Below are positions 1 through 11,835 of a stretch of DNA of 64,000 nt, piece by piece. The stretch lies in contig NC_057750.1 of assembly GCF_004010195.1 (NCBI RefSeq), positions 8,399,294 to 8,463,293 of the forward strand, written 5' to 3'. The notes under the pieces were generated by a model. It saw only the letters and a program-made list of their open reading frames with translations. It was not told the origin of the DNA and made no database searches. The DNA comes from Chiloscyllium plagiosum (taxonomy: Eukaryota). Each line of letters begins with the position of its first letter. The first letter of the stretch is position 1. The translations under genes and the position numbers were made by a program.

Positions 1-343
1 CCTAGGCGGAAGATGAGGCGCTCTTCCTCCAGCCGTCATGTTGCTATGGTCTGGTGATGGAGGAGTCCAAGGACCTGCATGTCCTTGGTGGAGTGGGAGG
101 GGGAGTTGAAGTGTTGAGCCACGGGGTGGTTGGGTTGGTTGGTCCGGGTGACCCAGAGGTGTTCTCTGAAACGTTTTGCAAGTAGGCGGCCTGTCTCCCC
201 AATATAGAGGAGGCCACATCGGGTGCAGCAGATGCAGTAAATGATGTGTTCGGAGGTGCAGGTGAATTTGTGGCGGATATGGAAGGATCCCTTGGGGCCA
301 TACCACATTTTTCTTCCAGCATCTGCAGTCCTCAATTTCTCCA
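1..343 (-). mobile_element. Penelope-like element (Neptune-type) GIY-YIG endonuclease fragment, with an oppositely oriented terminal-repeat end at ~310-343
   Basis: Minus ORF reads FTCTSEHIIYCICCTRCGLLYIGETGRLLAKRFREH...PVAQHF, a Cys-containing GIY-YIG pattern. 310-343 (ccagcatctgcagtcctcaatttctcc) resembles the PLE 3' end at 4145-4170 in plus orientation. Confidence 0.9.
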
Positions 344-1492
344 TGGTTACTAATAGACAATAAATGACAACTTATTTGATACAGGAGCTTCTTGTTCGAC
401 CACCACCTGGCTTTCCTTCACCACTTCAGACCATGTGGACCTTGTAGATCCCTACTGTGAAAGAAGATGGTAGCTGCAAACTTACTCTGTGGTGAGCAGC
501 AGGACAGAGAGCTTGGACAATGCTGTAAAGCAACTTCAGCTATTCTTGCAATGATGAAAGCCTGATATAAATGCAGTTTTGTTCAGACAAATAGCCAGAT
601 TCTGCAATGAAGCCGAGAGCCCTCATCAGTGTTTACTGCCTGATGGAGTCTTAGACATGTGGAGCATGGGGTTAAAACAAAGCCTCAAGCTACTCTCATT
701 TTTAAAAATGGTCCCAAGGTAGGGTTTCCTTTTATTACATTGGAGCAACACTTTGAGGGAGGAGAGTCTGAGTCTGCACTGTCCAAAGATTTAAAGGGGC
801 TAAATGATGGGATCACGATCAATAGGGTCAGCTTAGGAATTGGAGCTGAAAAGCATTGTTCAGCTGGATGAGAAACTATTTCTGCTGGTGTTCTAGCTGG
901 GGAGGGAAGGGTGGGATCTGGGCTGCTTAAGGATGATGTCAGGAAGACTCCATCCCAAAACTCCACCCCCACCCCCATGGGCACACGCGCACACAAAGAT
1001 GTGAGGCTCCACAAAAACTTCAGAGGTTGTTAGTATTTTTGTCATGACTGTATTCAGAGTTATAGAAATATTGGATAAGCATGGTGGTGGATGGAATTTA
1101 TATGTTCTCATTGTAGAGCAGAACAGTCTCGAAGGGCTGAATGGCCTCTTCCTGCTGCTGATGTATTTCCAGTGCCCTCAATGTTGCTTTTTTACTCAAA
1201 TCTGTCCAGTTCCTCCCCATGATCCAATTGTTTCCATTTATTACATGCACCATGTTAGTTACAAAATGAAGTTTACTTCTGCGTTGGCAGTGTTCTGTTG
1301 GCCCTTAATTTAAGGCCAGTTTGGAGAACCTGCTCTGTTTCTGTAAAGCCAGAGTACTGTTCAATGCCTCTGCCCCATCATACTCCACAGTGGAGTACCT
1401 TGTACTTGACTGGGACAGATGATCATGTACTTGTCTTGTTGAGGCTGACAATGTGCATCAGAACTGAGACCATCCAACCAACAGCCTGGGAA

Positions 1493-1770
1493 GAGATGGC
1501 CTAATGGTGTTATTGCTAGACTATTAATCTAGGAATCCAGAGAATGTTCCAGAGACCTGGGTTTGAATTCCAACATGGTGGAATTAAGAGCCCAATGAAA
1601 TGTTGTCAACTGTTGGGAGAAACCCATCCTCTGCTAATGCCCTATTGGGAAGGAAATCTGCTGGTCTAGTCTCTGTGACTCCCAGACTCAAGGCTATGTG
1701 GTTGACTTTTAACTGCCCTCTTGGCAAATAGTGATGGACAGTAAATGCTGGCCCAGCCAGTGATGCCAAC
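1493..1770 (+). mobile_element. tRNA-derived SINE (family B), tail interrupted by an HE1-like SINE
   Basis: Head gatggcctaatggt...gggtttgaattcc (A/B-box-like) and tail taaatgctggcccagccagtgatgcc; similar copies at 15680, 29677, 63540 and elsewhere. Confidence 0.75.
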
Positions 1771-1985
1771 AAAGAATCCCTACAGTATGGAAGCAGGCCA
1801 TTTGGACCATTGAGTCCCTCTAAACAGCATCATGCCCGGAGCCACCCCACCTATCCTACCCCTCTAATCCTGCATTTGCTATGGCTAACCCACCTAGCAT
1901 GGACACTGGGCAAGTTTTAGCATGGCCAATCCACCTAACCTGTACATCTTTAAAAATAGGAGGAAAGCCATACAGACACATGGGG
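1771..1985 (-). mobile_element. HE1/V-SINE-like SINE, partial
   Basis: Reverse complement of the core gttaggtggattggccatgctaaa and of the CR1-like tail gcctgcttccatactgtagggattc. Confidence 0.8.
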
Positions 1986-2006
1986 ATACATGGGGATACA
2001 TGGGGA
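1978..2006. repeat. 10-bp tandem repeat (acatggggat) x3
   Basis: Directly visible. Confidence 0.9.
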
Positions 2007-3042
2007 CCTCCATGAGTGAATTGTTAAAAGAGCCCTTCCTAGCTACTTGATCTCTTCATTCCCTCCCCCAAATGTCTGTCGACTGATGACATCTCACCAG
2101 CTGTTTCTTTAAACTTATTCATGGGATATGAACACCATTGGATAGGCCACATTTATTGCCCATCCTTGAATGACATGATTGCTAAGAGGACTCAACTGGC
2201 TCAGTGTCCTTTAGGGAAAGGGATCATCCAGTGATATAGAACAGCAGCAGGCTATTTGGCCTATCAACTTAGTGCTGCCTGTTTTGGAGTGGTCCCACTT
2301 ACCCCATGCCTTCAATTGTTCTCTTTCAATAGTTTTTCCACCATCTCCCTTTTTGAAAGCTGCTATTGAATCTGCAATTGGCTAGCTTTGGTTTGTGCCC
2401 ATCTCTCACTGGGTAACTGACTTCTAATCACCAAATCATCATCTCCCAGACCATACAGAACCTCATCACCTTAGGAGATTCTCCACCCACAGCTTCCAAC
2501 CTCATAGTCCAGTAACCCCGCACTGCCCAGTTCTACCTCCTTCCCAAAATCCACAAGTCTGACCACCCTGGCCGACCCATTGTCTCAGCATGCTTCTGCC
2601 CCACTGAACTCATTTCTACCTACCTCGGCACTGTCCTATCCCCCCTAGACCAGGAACTCCCCACATACGTTCAAGACACCACCCACCTCTTCCAAGACTT
2701 CCGTTTCCACAGCCCCCAACGCCTCATCTTCACCATGGATATCCAATCCCTCTACACCTCAATCCGCCATGACCAGGGCCTCCAAGCCCTCCGTTTCTTC
2801 CTTTTCCTACGTCCCCAACAGTATCCTTCCACCAACACACTCATTCGTTTGGCCGAAATGGTCCTCACCCGTAACAATTTCTCCTTCAAAACCTCCCACT
2901 TCCTCCAGACCAAAGGGGTAGCCATGGGCACCCGTATGGGCCCCAGCTATGCCTGTCTCTTTGTTGGCTACGTAGAACAGTCGATCTTCTGTAATTACAC
3001 TGGCACCACTCCCCACCTCTTCCTCCGCTACATTGATGATTG

Positions 3043-3999
3043 NNNNNNNNNNNNNNNNNNNNNNNNNNNNNNNNNNNNNNNNNNNNNNNNNNNNNNNNNN
3101 NNNNNNNNNNNNNNNNNNNNNNNNNNNNNNNNNNNNNNNNNNNNNNNNNNNNNNNNNNNNNNNNNNNNNNNNNNNNNNNNNNNNNNNNNNNNNNNNNNNN
3201 NNNNNNNNNNNNNNNNNNNNNNNNNNNNNNNNNNNNNNNNNNNNNNNNNNNNNNNNNNNNNNNNNNNNNNNNNNNNNNNNNNNNNNNNNNNNNNNNNNNN
3301 NNNNNNNNNNNNNNNNNNNNNNNNNNNNNNNNNNNNNNNNNNNNNNNNNNNNNNNNNNNNNNNNNNNNNNNNNNNNNNNNNNNNNNNNNNNNNNNNNNNN
3401 NNNNNNNNNNNNNNNNNNNNNNNNNNNNNNNNNNNNNNNNNNNNNNNNNNNNNNNNNNNNNNNNNNNNNNNNNNNNNNNNNNNNNNNNNNNNNNNNNNNN
3501 NNNNNNNNNNNNNNNNNNNNNNNNNNNNNNNNNNNNNNNNNNNNNNNNNNNNNNNNNNNNNNNNNNNNNNNNNNNNNNNNNNNNNNNNNNNNNNNNNNNN
3601 NNNNNNNNNNNNNNNNNNNNNNNNNNNNNNNNNNNNNNNNNNNNNNNNNNNNNNNNNNNNNNNNNNNNNNNNNNNNNNNNNNNNNNNNNNNNNNNNNNNN
3701 NNNNNNNNNNNNNNNNNNNNNNNNNNNNNNNNNNNNNNNNNNNNNNNNNNNNNNNNNNNNNNNNNNNNNNNNNNNNNNNNNNNNNNNNNNNNNNNNNNNN
3801 NNNNNNNNNNNNNNNNNNNNNNNNNNNNNNNNNNNNNNNNNNNNNNNNNNNNNNNNNNNNNNNNNNNNNNNNNNNNNNNNNNNNNNNNNNNNNNNNNNNN
3901 NNNNNNNNNNNNNNNNNNNNNNNNNNNNNNNNNNNNNNNNNNNNNNNNNNNNNNNNNNNNNNNNNNNNNNNNNNNNNNNNNNNNNNNNNNNNNNNNNNN
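3043..3999. other. Assembly gap (957 N)
   Basis: Run of N inside the PLE. Confidence 1.
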
Positions 4000-4043
4000 C
4001 CTCTCACTTATCTCTCCACCCTTCAGGCTCTCTGCCTGTATTC

Positions 4044-4071
4044 CTGATGAAGGACTTTTGCCCGAAACGTT
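4044..4071 (+). ncRNA. Minimal type I hammerhead ribozyme, slightly degenerate (PLE family 1)
   Basis: ctgatga a ggac tttt gccc gaaa cgtt; one stem II mismatch and a GTT triplet. Confidence 0.75.
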
Positions 4072-4231
4072 GATTTTACTGCTCCTCTGATCTGCCTGAA
4101 CTGCTGTGCTTTTCCAGCACCACTCAAACCTAGACTCTGGTTTTCAGCATCTGCAGTCATTGTTTTTACCTAATTGACTTCTAATGCCCTGGGGACAGCT
4201 GGTAATGGGCAAATAATGCTGTCCATGTAGA

Positions 4232-4780
4232 CTTTTTCATTGCAAAAATATACTTCATTCAAAAAAGAAATTTTGTATATGCAGTCACAAATGCTGTTCA
4301 GTTCTCTAGAGTAGCATATGAGAAAATAAACAAACATTAGAGTTTGACTCTATCTGACAAACAAACCAAAGGCATCTCTTACTTGACCAAGACTATATTA
4401 ATATGCATTTGAGGCATTGGGAGGGTCAGATAACTGAACAGACCCTCATTTGACTTTCGCAGAAAGCCGTCAGATAATTCTCTTTCCCCACTGCAGTTGG
4501 CAGCAGCTGCCCCAAACTTTAGAGCATCCCTCAGCACGTGGTCCGGAACCTTGGAATATGCCAGTCTGTAACACTCAGTTGGAGTCATCTCTTGATCTGA
4601 AAGATCAACACATACTGGGCAGGCCAAAGAGTGTCTTTCACTGAGGTGATGGTCCTCCAGGCGCAGTTGATATTTGTCTCAGTGTGCGTCCCAGGGTACA
4701 GACCATAATAATGCAGTGCTGTTTGTGATGAACCTTGACAAAAACCACTGCATTTTTCTCCAGACTTTGCAGACATCCTG
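4232..4780 (-). mobile_element. Tx1/L1-like LINE 3' fragment, degraded
   Basis: Frameshifted minus-strand translation KVWRKMQWFLSRF...YGLYPGTHTETNINCAWRTITSVKDTLW...ECYRLAYSKVPDHVLRD resembles a Tx1 ORF2 C-terminus; A-rich 3' end near 4232-4260. Confidence 0.65.
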
Positions 4781-5889
4781 TGAACAAAGGTACTTTAAAA
4801 CCTAGCTAAGGTGACCTAGTGTGCTGGACATAATGAGAAAGCTTTCCATGGATCCCCCTGTTTGCATTAGCATTCCTACTTATTTAGCCCTTGTATCACT
4901 GCACAATCTTCTCTTTTCAAGACAGGCAAGACCCAAATTTGCTAAGCTGTCCTCCTCTTTTACAAATTTTCTTGCATTCTCAAACCAACTAACATGGGGG
5001 TGGGGTGGGTACAGGAATTCCTAATTAGTTTGGGCAGGCCTGTTGTTGCTAATTGGAGTAGGTGGGAGGGTAGCGCAGGACTGAGTCACTAATTGGAGCC
5101 ACTGGGGGAGCTGACATGGCTAATTGCAGAGCGGCCACTAATCCGAGGAGCGAAGATTGCTAATTAGGCAATGGTTGAGGATTGGACTGTGAAGACTGGA
5201 AGAGGGGGGTGACTGGTTCAAGCAGAGATGGGTCAAGGCAGTAAAAGTGGGGGGAGGGAATGGAGTCACAAATTGGAGTGGGAGTTGGGTCACTAATTGG
5301 AGTAGGTGGGGGGAATGTGAGCATTGGAAAATTTGGTCACTAATTGATTTGGTTGCAGTAGGGCAGGTAGCAGTTGGAAGGCAGCTCTGATTGGAATTGG
5401 CTGCTGATCAAGATTGGCAACCAAGAATTTTTTTCTTTCTCCTAGTGCAGAGAGTGCTAGGTGGAAGCTTTGCATCTTTTTGCACTGTGATCTTGGCATG
5501 ACTGAGTAGCACACCCAGGTAATGGGAGTTCCTGGGCTTCTGACCTTACTGTGGCATTTAATATTCTAAAGCTAACTTGTCTACCTTGCAGCAAATGATC
5601 TCCCTGAGGCAGCAGGAGTAAAATATTCTTCTTCACCTTGTTGCTGTGAAAATGAGGGATGAATCCCAGTGACTGTGTGTAAATTGAAATCTTGTTTTTG
5701 ACTGTGATGCATTAAATGCAATGTTGTTGTCATTTCTGAGGTGCCCAGCAAGAAACATTCAACAGGTTAATGCCTGCTGGATACAGTGGCCATAGTTGGC
5801 AGGGTGAATGATAACATTCCTGTTGCCTTACACATGCCCCCTTCCCTCTTACCTTCCACCCCACCCCTACAACATCAGCAATGTGCCAT

Positions 5890-6090
5890 GAATGAGGGAG
5901 TGGCACTCACTGTTAATGTTCACAAGGTTCCCACTCTGGTACTTGATCCTAAAGTATCAAAGCTGACCCTCCAATCCAGTACTGAGGGTGTGCCACACTA
6001 CCGGGGGTAGCATCTGTCAGATGAGACATCAACTCAGCCCTTATCATATCCCAGGCAGTATTTCAAATAGAGCAGTGGGGCTTATCCTTG
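5890..6090 (+). mobile_element. DeuSINE (SacSINE1-like) relic
   Basis: ccagtactgagggtgtgccacact...cagatgagacatcaa resembles the Deu-domain as recalled. Confidence 0.55.
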
Positions 6091-6479
6091 GTTACAAACA
6101 CGAGGAATGCCAGATGTTGGAAATCTACCTGGGAAGTGGTAGAGAATAAAGCAGAAAATATTGGAAATACTCATCAGGTCTGGTAACATCTGGAGAACAG
6201 AGTTAATGGTTCAAGTTCATCAGAATGACCCTTGCAGGGTTTCCTCACATGGAAGTCCAGAACCCAAGTGAGATTGCGAACTCAAATATGGCGATTGTGA
6301 ATTCTGAGGCAGCAATGGTCACTGTGACTGTGCTACTCTCCCACAACCCTGCTCTGCTCAACCTCCATCCACTCCCATCACTCCCACAAGCCCCCCGCCA
6401 CTCCCCCAGCCCTTTGTTGCTCTCCTCCACCCTGTCACTTCCCCAGCCACCCGCCACTCTTCTCCACCGTGTCACTAGG

Positions 6480-7980
6480 ATTGAGGACAGACTTGTCCCC
6501 CGAGCCTGATGGCTTACATCCTAGATTGTGAAAGGAAGTGGCAGCGGAAATAGTAGATCCATTGATTACAATGTTCCAAAACTCCCTGGACATGGGGAAG
6601 GTTCCTGTGGATTGGAAAATGGCTAATATAACATCTTTATTCAAAAAGTGAAGGAGGCAAAATGTAGGAAATGTAACATCTGTTGTTGGGAAAGTGTTAG
6701 AATTAATTATCAAGGAAGCATTATCAAGTACACTTGGAGAGTTAAAACGCTATCCATCAGAGTCAACATGATTTCAGAAAGGGCAAATCATGTTTGACTA
6801 ATTTGCTAGAATTCTTCAAAGAAGTAACAAGCAAAGTGGATAATGGAAGCTGTGTTTGATAAAGTGGTGCACAAAAGTTTAATTCACAAGGTTGGGTCAT
6901 ATATGGGATTAAGGCCTGGATAGAAGGCTGATCGACAGAAGACACAGTCTGGATAAATGTTTTTTTTTCTGGATGGCAAGATGTAACTAGTGGAGTGCCA
7001 CAACATTCGGTCCTTGTACCTCAGCTATTTACAATCTACATTGATGGCTTGGATAATGGGATACAAAGTGCTATAGCGAAATTTACAGATGACACAAAAA
7101 TAGGTGAGATAGTAAATTGTAATGAGGAAATAAGAGCCTTACAAATGGATATATAGATAGGTTAGGAGAATGGGCCAAAATGGGGCAGATGGAGTTGAAT
7201 GTGGATAAGTGCGAGGTCATGCATTTGGGTCAGAAAAATGGGAAGGTGACCATTAGCTTTGGGCTGCTCCGGTGCAGAGGGATCAAGGTGTACAATTCGT
7301 GAGTCACGGAAGACTAGCATGTAGATACAGCAGATAATAATGAAAATGAATGGAATGTTGGCTTTTATAGCTAAGGGAATAGAATACAAAGGTCAGGAAG
7401 TACTGCTGCAACTAGATAAGTTATTAGTGTGACCTCATCTGGAGTATTGTACACAGTTTTGGTTCCCTTATTTGAGGAAAGATGAGGCAGTTCAGAGGAG
7501 GTTCACTAGATTAATCCTAGAGATGAGCGGTTTGTCGTATGAAGAGAGATTGAACAGTTTAGGCCTATACCGTCTGGAATTCAGAAGAATGAGGGGAGAT
7601 CAAATTGTGGTATTCAAGATATAAAAGGTGTGGATAAAATAGATGTGTAGTGGATGCTTCATCTTATGAAGCATTCTCTGACCAGATGGCAGAGCCTTAC
7701 AATAAGGGGTAGCAAATTTAAAACAGAGTTGAGGAGAAAGTACTTCTCCCGAAGGGTTGTGAATCTATGAAATTCGCTACCCCAAAGTGTCGTGGATGCT
7801 GGGACAGTGAGTAAATTTAAGGAGGAGTTAGACAGATTTTTAATTGGTAATGGGTTGAAGGGATATGGAGAGAAGGCAGGAAAATGGGGGTGAGGAGCAT
7901 ATCAGCCATGACTGAATGGCGGAACAGACTCGATGTGCCAAGTGGCTTAATTCTGCTCATATATCTAATGAACATATGAA
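6480..7980 (+). mobile_element. CR1 LINE, 5'-truncated and degraded
   Basis: Broken translation PDGLHPRL*KEVAAEIVDPL...VPVDWKMANIT, KGKSCLTNLLEFF, KFTDDTK, PHLEYC; CR1 3' tail. Flanked by C-rich low complexity (6330-6475, 7985-8295). Confidence 0.9.
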
Positions 7981-9314
7981 CTTCCACACCCCCATCACTT
8001 CCCCAACCCTCTAGCCCCCAATCACTCCCACAATGCCCCAATCCCATCATCACTCCTCAGCACCCCCTTGTCAGACTCCATCCCCTGCCACTCTTCCCCC
8101 AGCACTCTGCCACACACCCATCACTCCCCACACCCCAGCCGTAACCCCACATCTCTGTCACTCCCCTACCCCGGCTACACCTCCTTTACTCCCTCATTCC
8201 CCGCCATAGCCCCTTGCCCTGTCACCCTCACATACACCCTCACCCACTCCACAGCCCCCTGCCACACCCTCATCACTCTTCCACTATTACCTTTAACACA
8301 GGTTAATGCGCTGCATGAAAGTGTTGTGAAAGTGGATTCATTTGTGGCTTTCAATGCATCGTTGGATCATTACCTGAAGAGAAAGGAATTCTAGAAATAT
8401 GGGGAAATTTAGAGTGGCTCTTGCTGAGTACAGAGGACTGGCATGGACACAACGGGTAGAATGGCTTTCTGTAACCATTCATTGAGAAGAGAACCCGATC
8501 TCCTGACATAGATGTGTCTGAGGCTCTACATTATGGTGTCCAACTTTTAAATGCTGACATTAAGATACCAGTCAGTAAACACTGTAGTTGGTGAGTCTTT
8601 GCACTCACATCCAGCTTATGTTTGATTGTCTCACAGGCACAGGGGTTACCTGTTTGAGTGAAAGCAAACCTGTATAAGTTACTACCTTCTCATTGCAAGT
8701 CGTGGGCTGTTATCTCTCATTGTCTTTGGGAGGGATTGAATCTGCGCTGGCAAGAGTTTTGAACCTGGTACAATGGCGAAGATGTTTGGTTCAGAGATGT
8801 GCATTTATCTAATTGTGTCAGGCTTAATACAATTTATAATGAGCTTGAGTCGTCTCCGATCCCAGTTCCCAGTGGAGATGAGGCTACATTGCGAATCTGC
8901 CCTCAAATCCGTGACTAATTGGGTATAATTCAGCAATCTCACTTACTGGAGCCGTAAGTATGAAGAAAGCTGAATAGAACATGTCACCCTCTTGCTGTGT
9001 GGGCTGAGATAGACTTGTGGGGTGAGGCAGAGTGACAACGTTGTTAGCTCTGACTGCGTAAATCTGCAGGCATATTGCCTGAACAGTTATTCAACCTCCA
9101 CCCCACCCCACCCCCACCTCCGAATGAGTTCTTTTTGACGCAGATCAAATACGTAACATTGGAGTGAATCCATAGACTGAAATTATCCCCAATTTTCACC
9201 TCTCTGTCTTCTCAGAAGGGTGTATTGGGGTTGGTGCCACTAAAATATGTAAGAGTACAGTGGGAAATGGGAGGAGGGAATGATGCTTATCTAACTAGCT
9301 GGATCGGACAAGTT

Positions 9315-9640
9315 GGGTGGCTCAGTGGTTAGCACTGCTGCCTCACAGCGCAAGAGCCCCAGGTTCAATTCCACCCTTGGGTGACTGTCTATGTGGAGTT
9401 TGCAAGTTCTCCCTGTGTTTTTGGGTGCTCTGGTTTCCTCTCGTGGCCCAAAGATGTGTAGATTAGATGGAATGGCCATGCTGATAAACTGCCAATTGTG
9501 TCCAGGGATGTGCAGACTAGGTCGATTAGTCATAGGGTTCTGGGATAGGGTAGTGGGGTGGAATGCTCTTTGGAGATTTGGTGTGGACGTGATGGGCTGA
9601 ATGGCCTGTTTCCACATTATTGGGATTTGATAATATTCTA
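9315..9640 (+). mobile_element. HE1/V-SINE-like SINE
   Basis: ggtggctcagtggttagcactgctgcctcacagc...ggttcaattcc head, tgtggagtttgca core, CR1-like tail. Confidence 0.88.
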
Positions 9641-9835
9641 CGATGAGAGGCTGAATGGCCACTTCCTATGCCATTATCACTTCTATGATTCTGTTAAATG
9701 TGTTTTAGAGGCATTGTTGATGTGTAGTTGCTTTTTTCACATTTGTTTGACAGTGGGATGTGGGCATCATTAGCTGGGACAGCACGTATTGCCCATCCCT
9801 AATTGCTCCTGGGGTAGGTGGTGCTGAGCTGACTT

Positions 9836-11835
9836 CATAGAACAATACAGCGCAGAACAGGCCCTTCTGCCCTCAATGTTGCGTCGACCTGTGAACTATT
9901 CTCAACTCATCCCCCTACACCATTCCAAAATCATCCATGTGCTTATCTAAGGATTGTTTAAATCTTCCTAATGTGGCTGAGTTGACTACATTAGCAGGTA
10001 ATGCATTCCACACCCTTACCACTCTCTGCGTAAAGAACCTGCCTCTGACATCTATCTTAAATCTATCGGCCCTCAATTTGTAGTTATGTCCCCTTGTACA
10101 CGCTGAAATAATCATCCTAGGAAAAAGACTTTCATTGTGTACCCTATCTAATCCTCTGATCATCTTGTATGTCTCCATCAAATCCCCTCTTAGCCGCCTT
10201 CTTGCCAATGAGAACAGGTTTAAGTTTCTCAGCCTTTCCTCATAAGACCTTCCCTCCAAGCTAGGCAACATCCTGGTAAATCTCCTCTGCACCTTTTCCA
10301 ACCCTTCCACATCCTTCCCGAAATATGGGGACCAGAACTGTACACGATATTCCAAGTGTGGCCGCTCCAGCATTTTGTATAGTTGCAACATGATATTGTG
10401 GCTCCGGAACTCAATTCCTCTCCGAATGAAACCTAACACATCGTATGCCGCCTTAACAGCACTATCCATCTGGATGGCAACTTTTAGGGATCTATGTACA
10501 TGGACTCCAAGATCCCTCTGCACATCCACACTACCAAAAATTTTTCCATTGCCCCAGTACTCTGCCTTTCTGTTATTCTTCCCAAAGTGCATCACCTCAC
10601 ATTTAGCTGCACTGAACTCCATTTGCCACTTCTCAGCCCAGTTCTGCAGTTTATCCAAGTCCCCCTGCAACCTGTAACACTCTTTCACACTGTCCACTAC
10701 TCCACCGACTTTAGTGTCGTCTGCAAATTTACTAATCCATCCACCTATGCCTGCATCTAAGTCATTTATAAAAATGACAAACAGTAGTGGTCCCAAAACA
10801 GATCCTTGTGGCACACCACTAGTAACCGGATTCCAGGCTGAATATTTTCCATCAGCCACTACTCGCTGCCAACTTTCAGACAACCAGCTTCTAATCCAAA
10901 CTGCTAAATCACCCTCAATTCCATGTCTCTGCATTTTCTCCAACAGCCTACCATGTGGAACCTTGTCAAAGTTTTTACTGAAGTCCATGTATACCACGCC
11001 AACTGCCCTACCTTCATCTACATGCTTGGTCACCTTCTCAAAAAACTCAGTGAGGTTTGTGAGACACAACCTGCCCTTGACGAAATCATGTTGACTATCT
11101 GAAATCAAATTGTTGTTTGCTAGATGATTATAAATCTTATCTCTTATAATCCTTTCCAAAACCTTTCCTACAACAGAAGTAAGGCTCACTGGCCTATCAT
11201 TACCTGGGTCATCTCTACTATCCTTCTTGAACAAGGGCACAACATTTTCAAAACTCCAGTCCTCTGGCACCAAACCTATAGTCAATGACGACTCAAACAT
11301 CAAAGCCAAAGCCTCTGCTATCTCCTCCCTAGCTTCCCAGAGAATCCTCTGATAAATCCCATCTGGCCCAAGGGACTTGTCTACTTTCACTCCTTCTAGA
11401 ATTGATAACACCTGTTCGTAACAAATCCTTCCTAGCTGATCTGTAACTCTCCATTGTCTCATCTGAACCATCTTGCCTCATCAACACATAAGCTTCCTTC
11501 TTCTTCCTAACAAGAGATGCAATTTCTGTTGTAAATCACGGTTCCCTTACATTATCACTTCCTCCCTGCCTAACCGGGACATACCTATCAAGGACACGCA
11601 ATATCTGTTCCTTAAACCAGCTCCACATTTCTATTGTCTGCATTCCCTGCATTTTGCTACCCCATTCTATGCATCCTAATTCCTGCCTAATTGCCCTTGC
11701 CCCATCGATAACTCTTGACCTGTGGCATGTACCCATCCCTTTCCATCGCTAAACGAAACGTAACTGAATTATGGTTACACTCTCCAAAGTGCTCACCTAC
11801 AACTAAATCAAACACCTGGCCCGGTTCATTACCAA
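9836..11835 (-). mobile_element. Young CR1 LINE (HER1-like), 5'-truncated, with an internal deletion near 11420
   Basis: Open RT frame, an upstream endonuclease C-terminal relic (NEPGQV...GEHFGECNHNSVTF) and a 3' tail ending near 9836. Confidence 0.95.
9915..11420 (-). pseudogene. CR1 ORF2 reverse transcriptase domain (open frame, no endonuclease)
   Basis: GPDGIY, RPVSLTSVVGK, YMDFSKNFDKVPH, GVPQGSVLGPLLF, KFADDTK, RPHLEY, GRFFTQRVV motifs. Confidence 0.95.

Larger units (their letters stand above)
2429..4170 (+). mobile_element. 5'-truncated Neptune-type Penelope-like retrotransposon (RT, assembly gap, 3' terminal repeat)
   Basis: RT motifs MDIQSLYTSI, QTKGVAMGTRMGPSYA and FLRYIDD. Terminal repeat at 4000-4170 contains a hammerhead. 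Flanking repeats taactgacttctaat (2414-2428) and taattgacttctaat (4171-4185). Confidence 0.93.

Noticed and set aside
2735..4090. Long ORFs of 335-451 aa
   Set aside because: Lengths are artefacts of the N gap; only the RT part before 3042 is real.
9915..11471. 518-aa ORF as a host gene
   Set aside because: It is CR1 ORF2 RT; the N-terminal residues come from an out-of-frame deletion junction.
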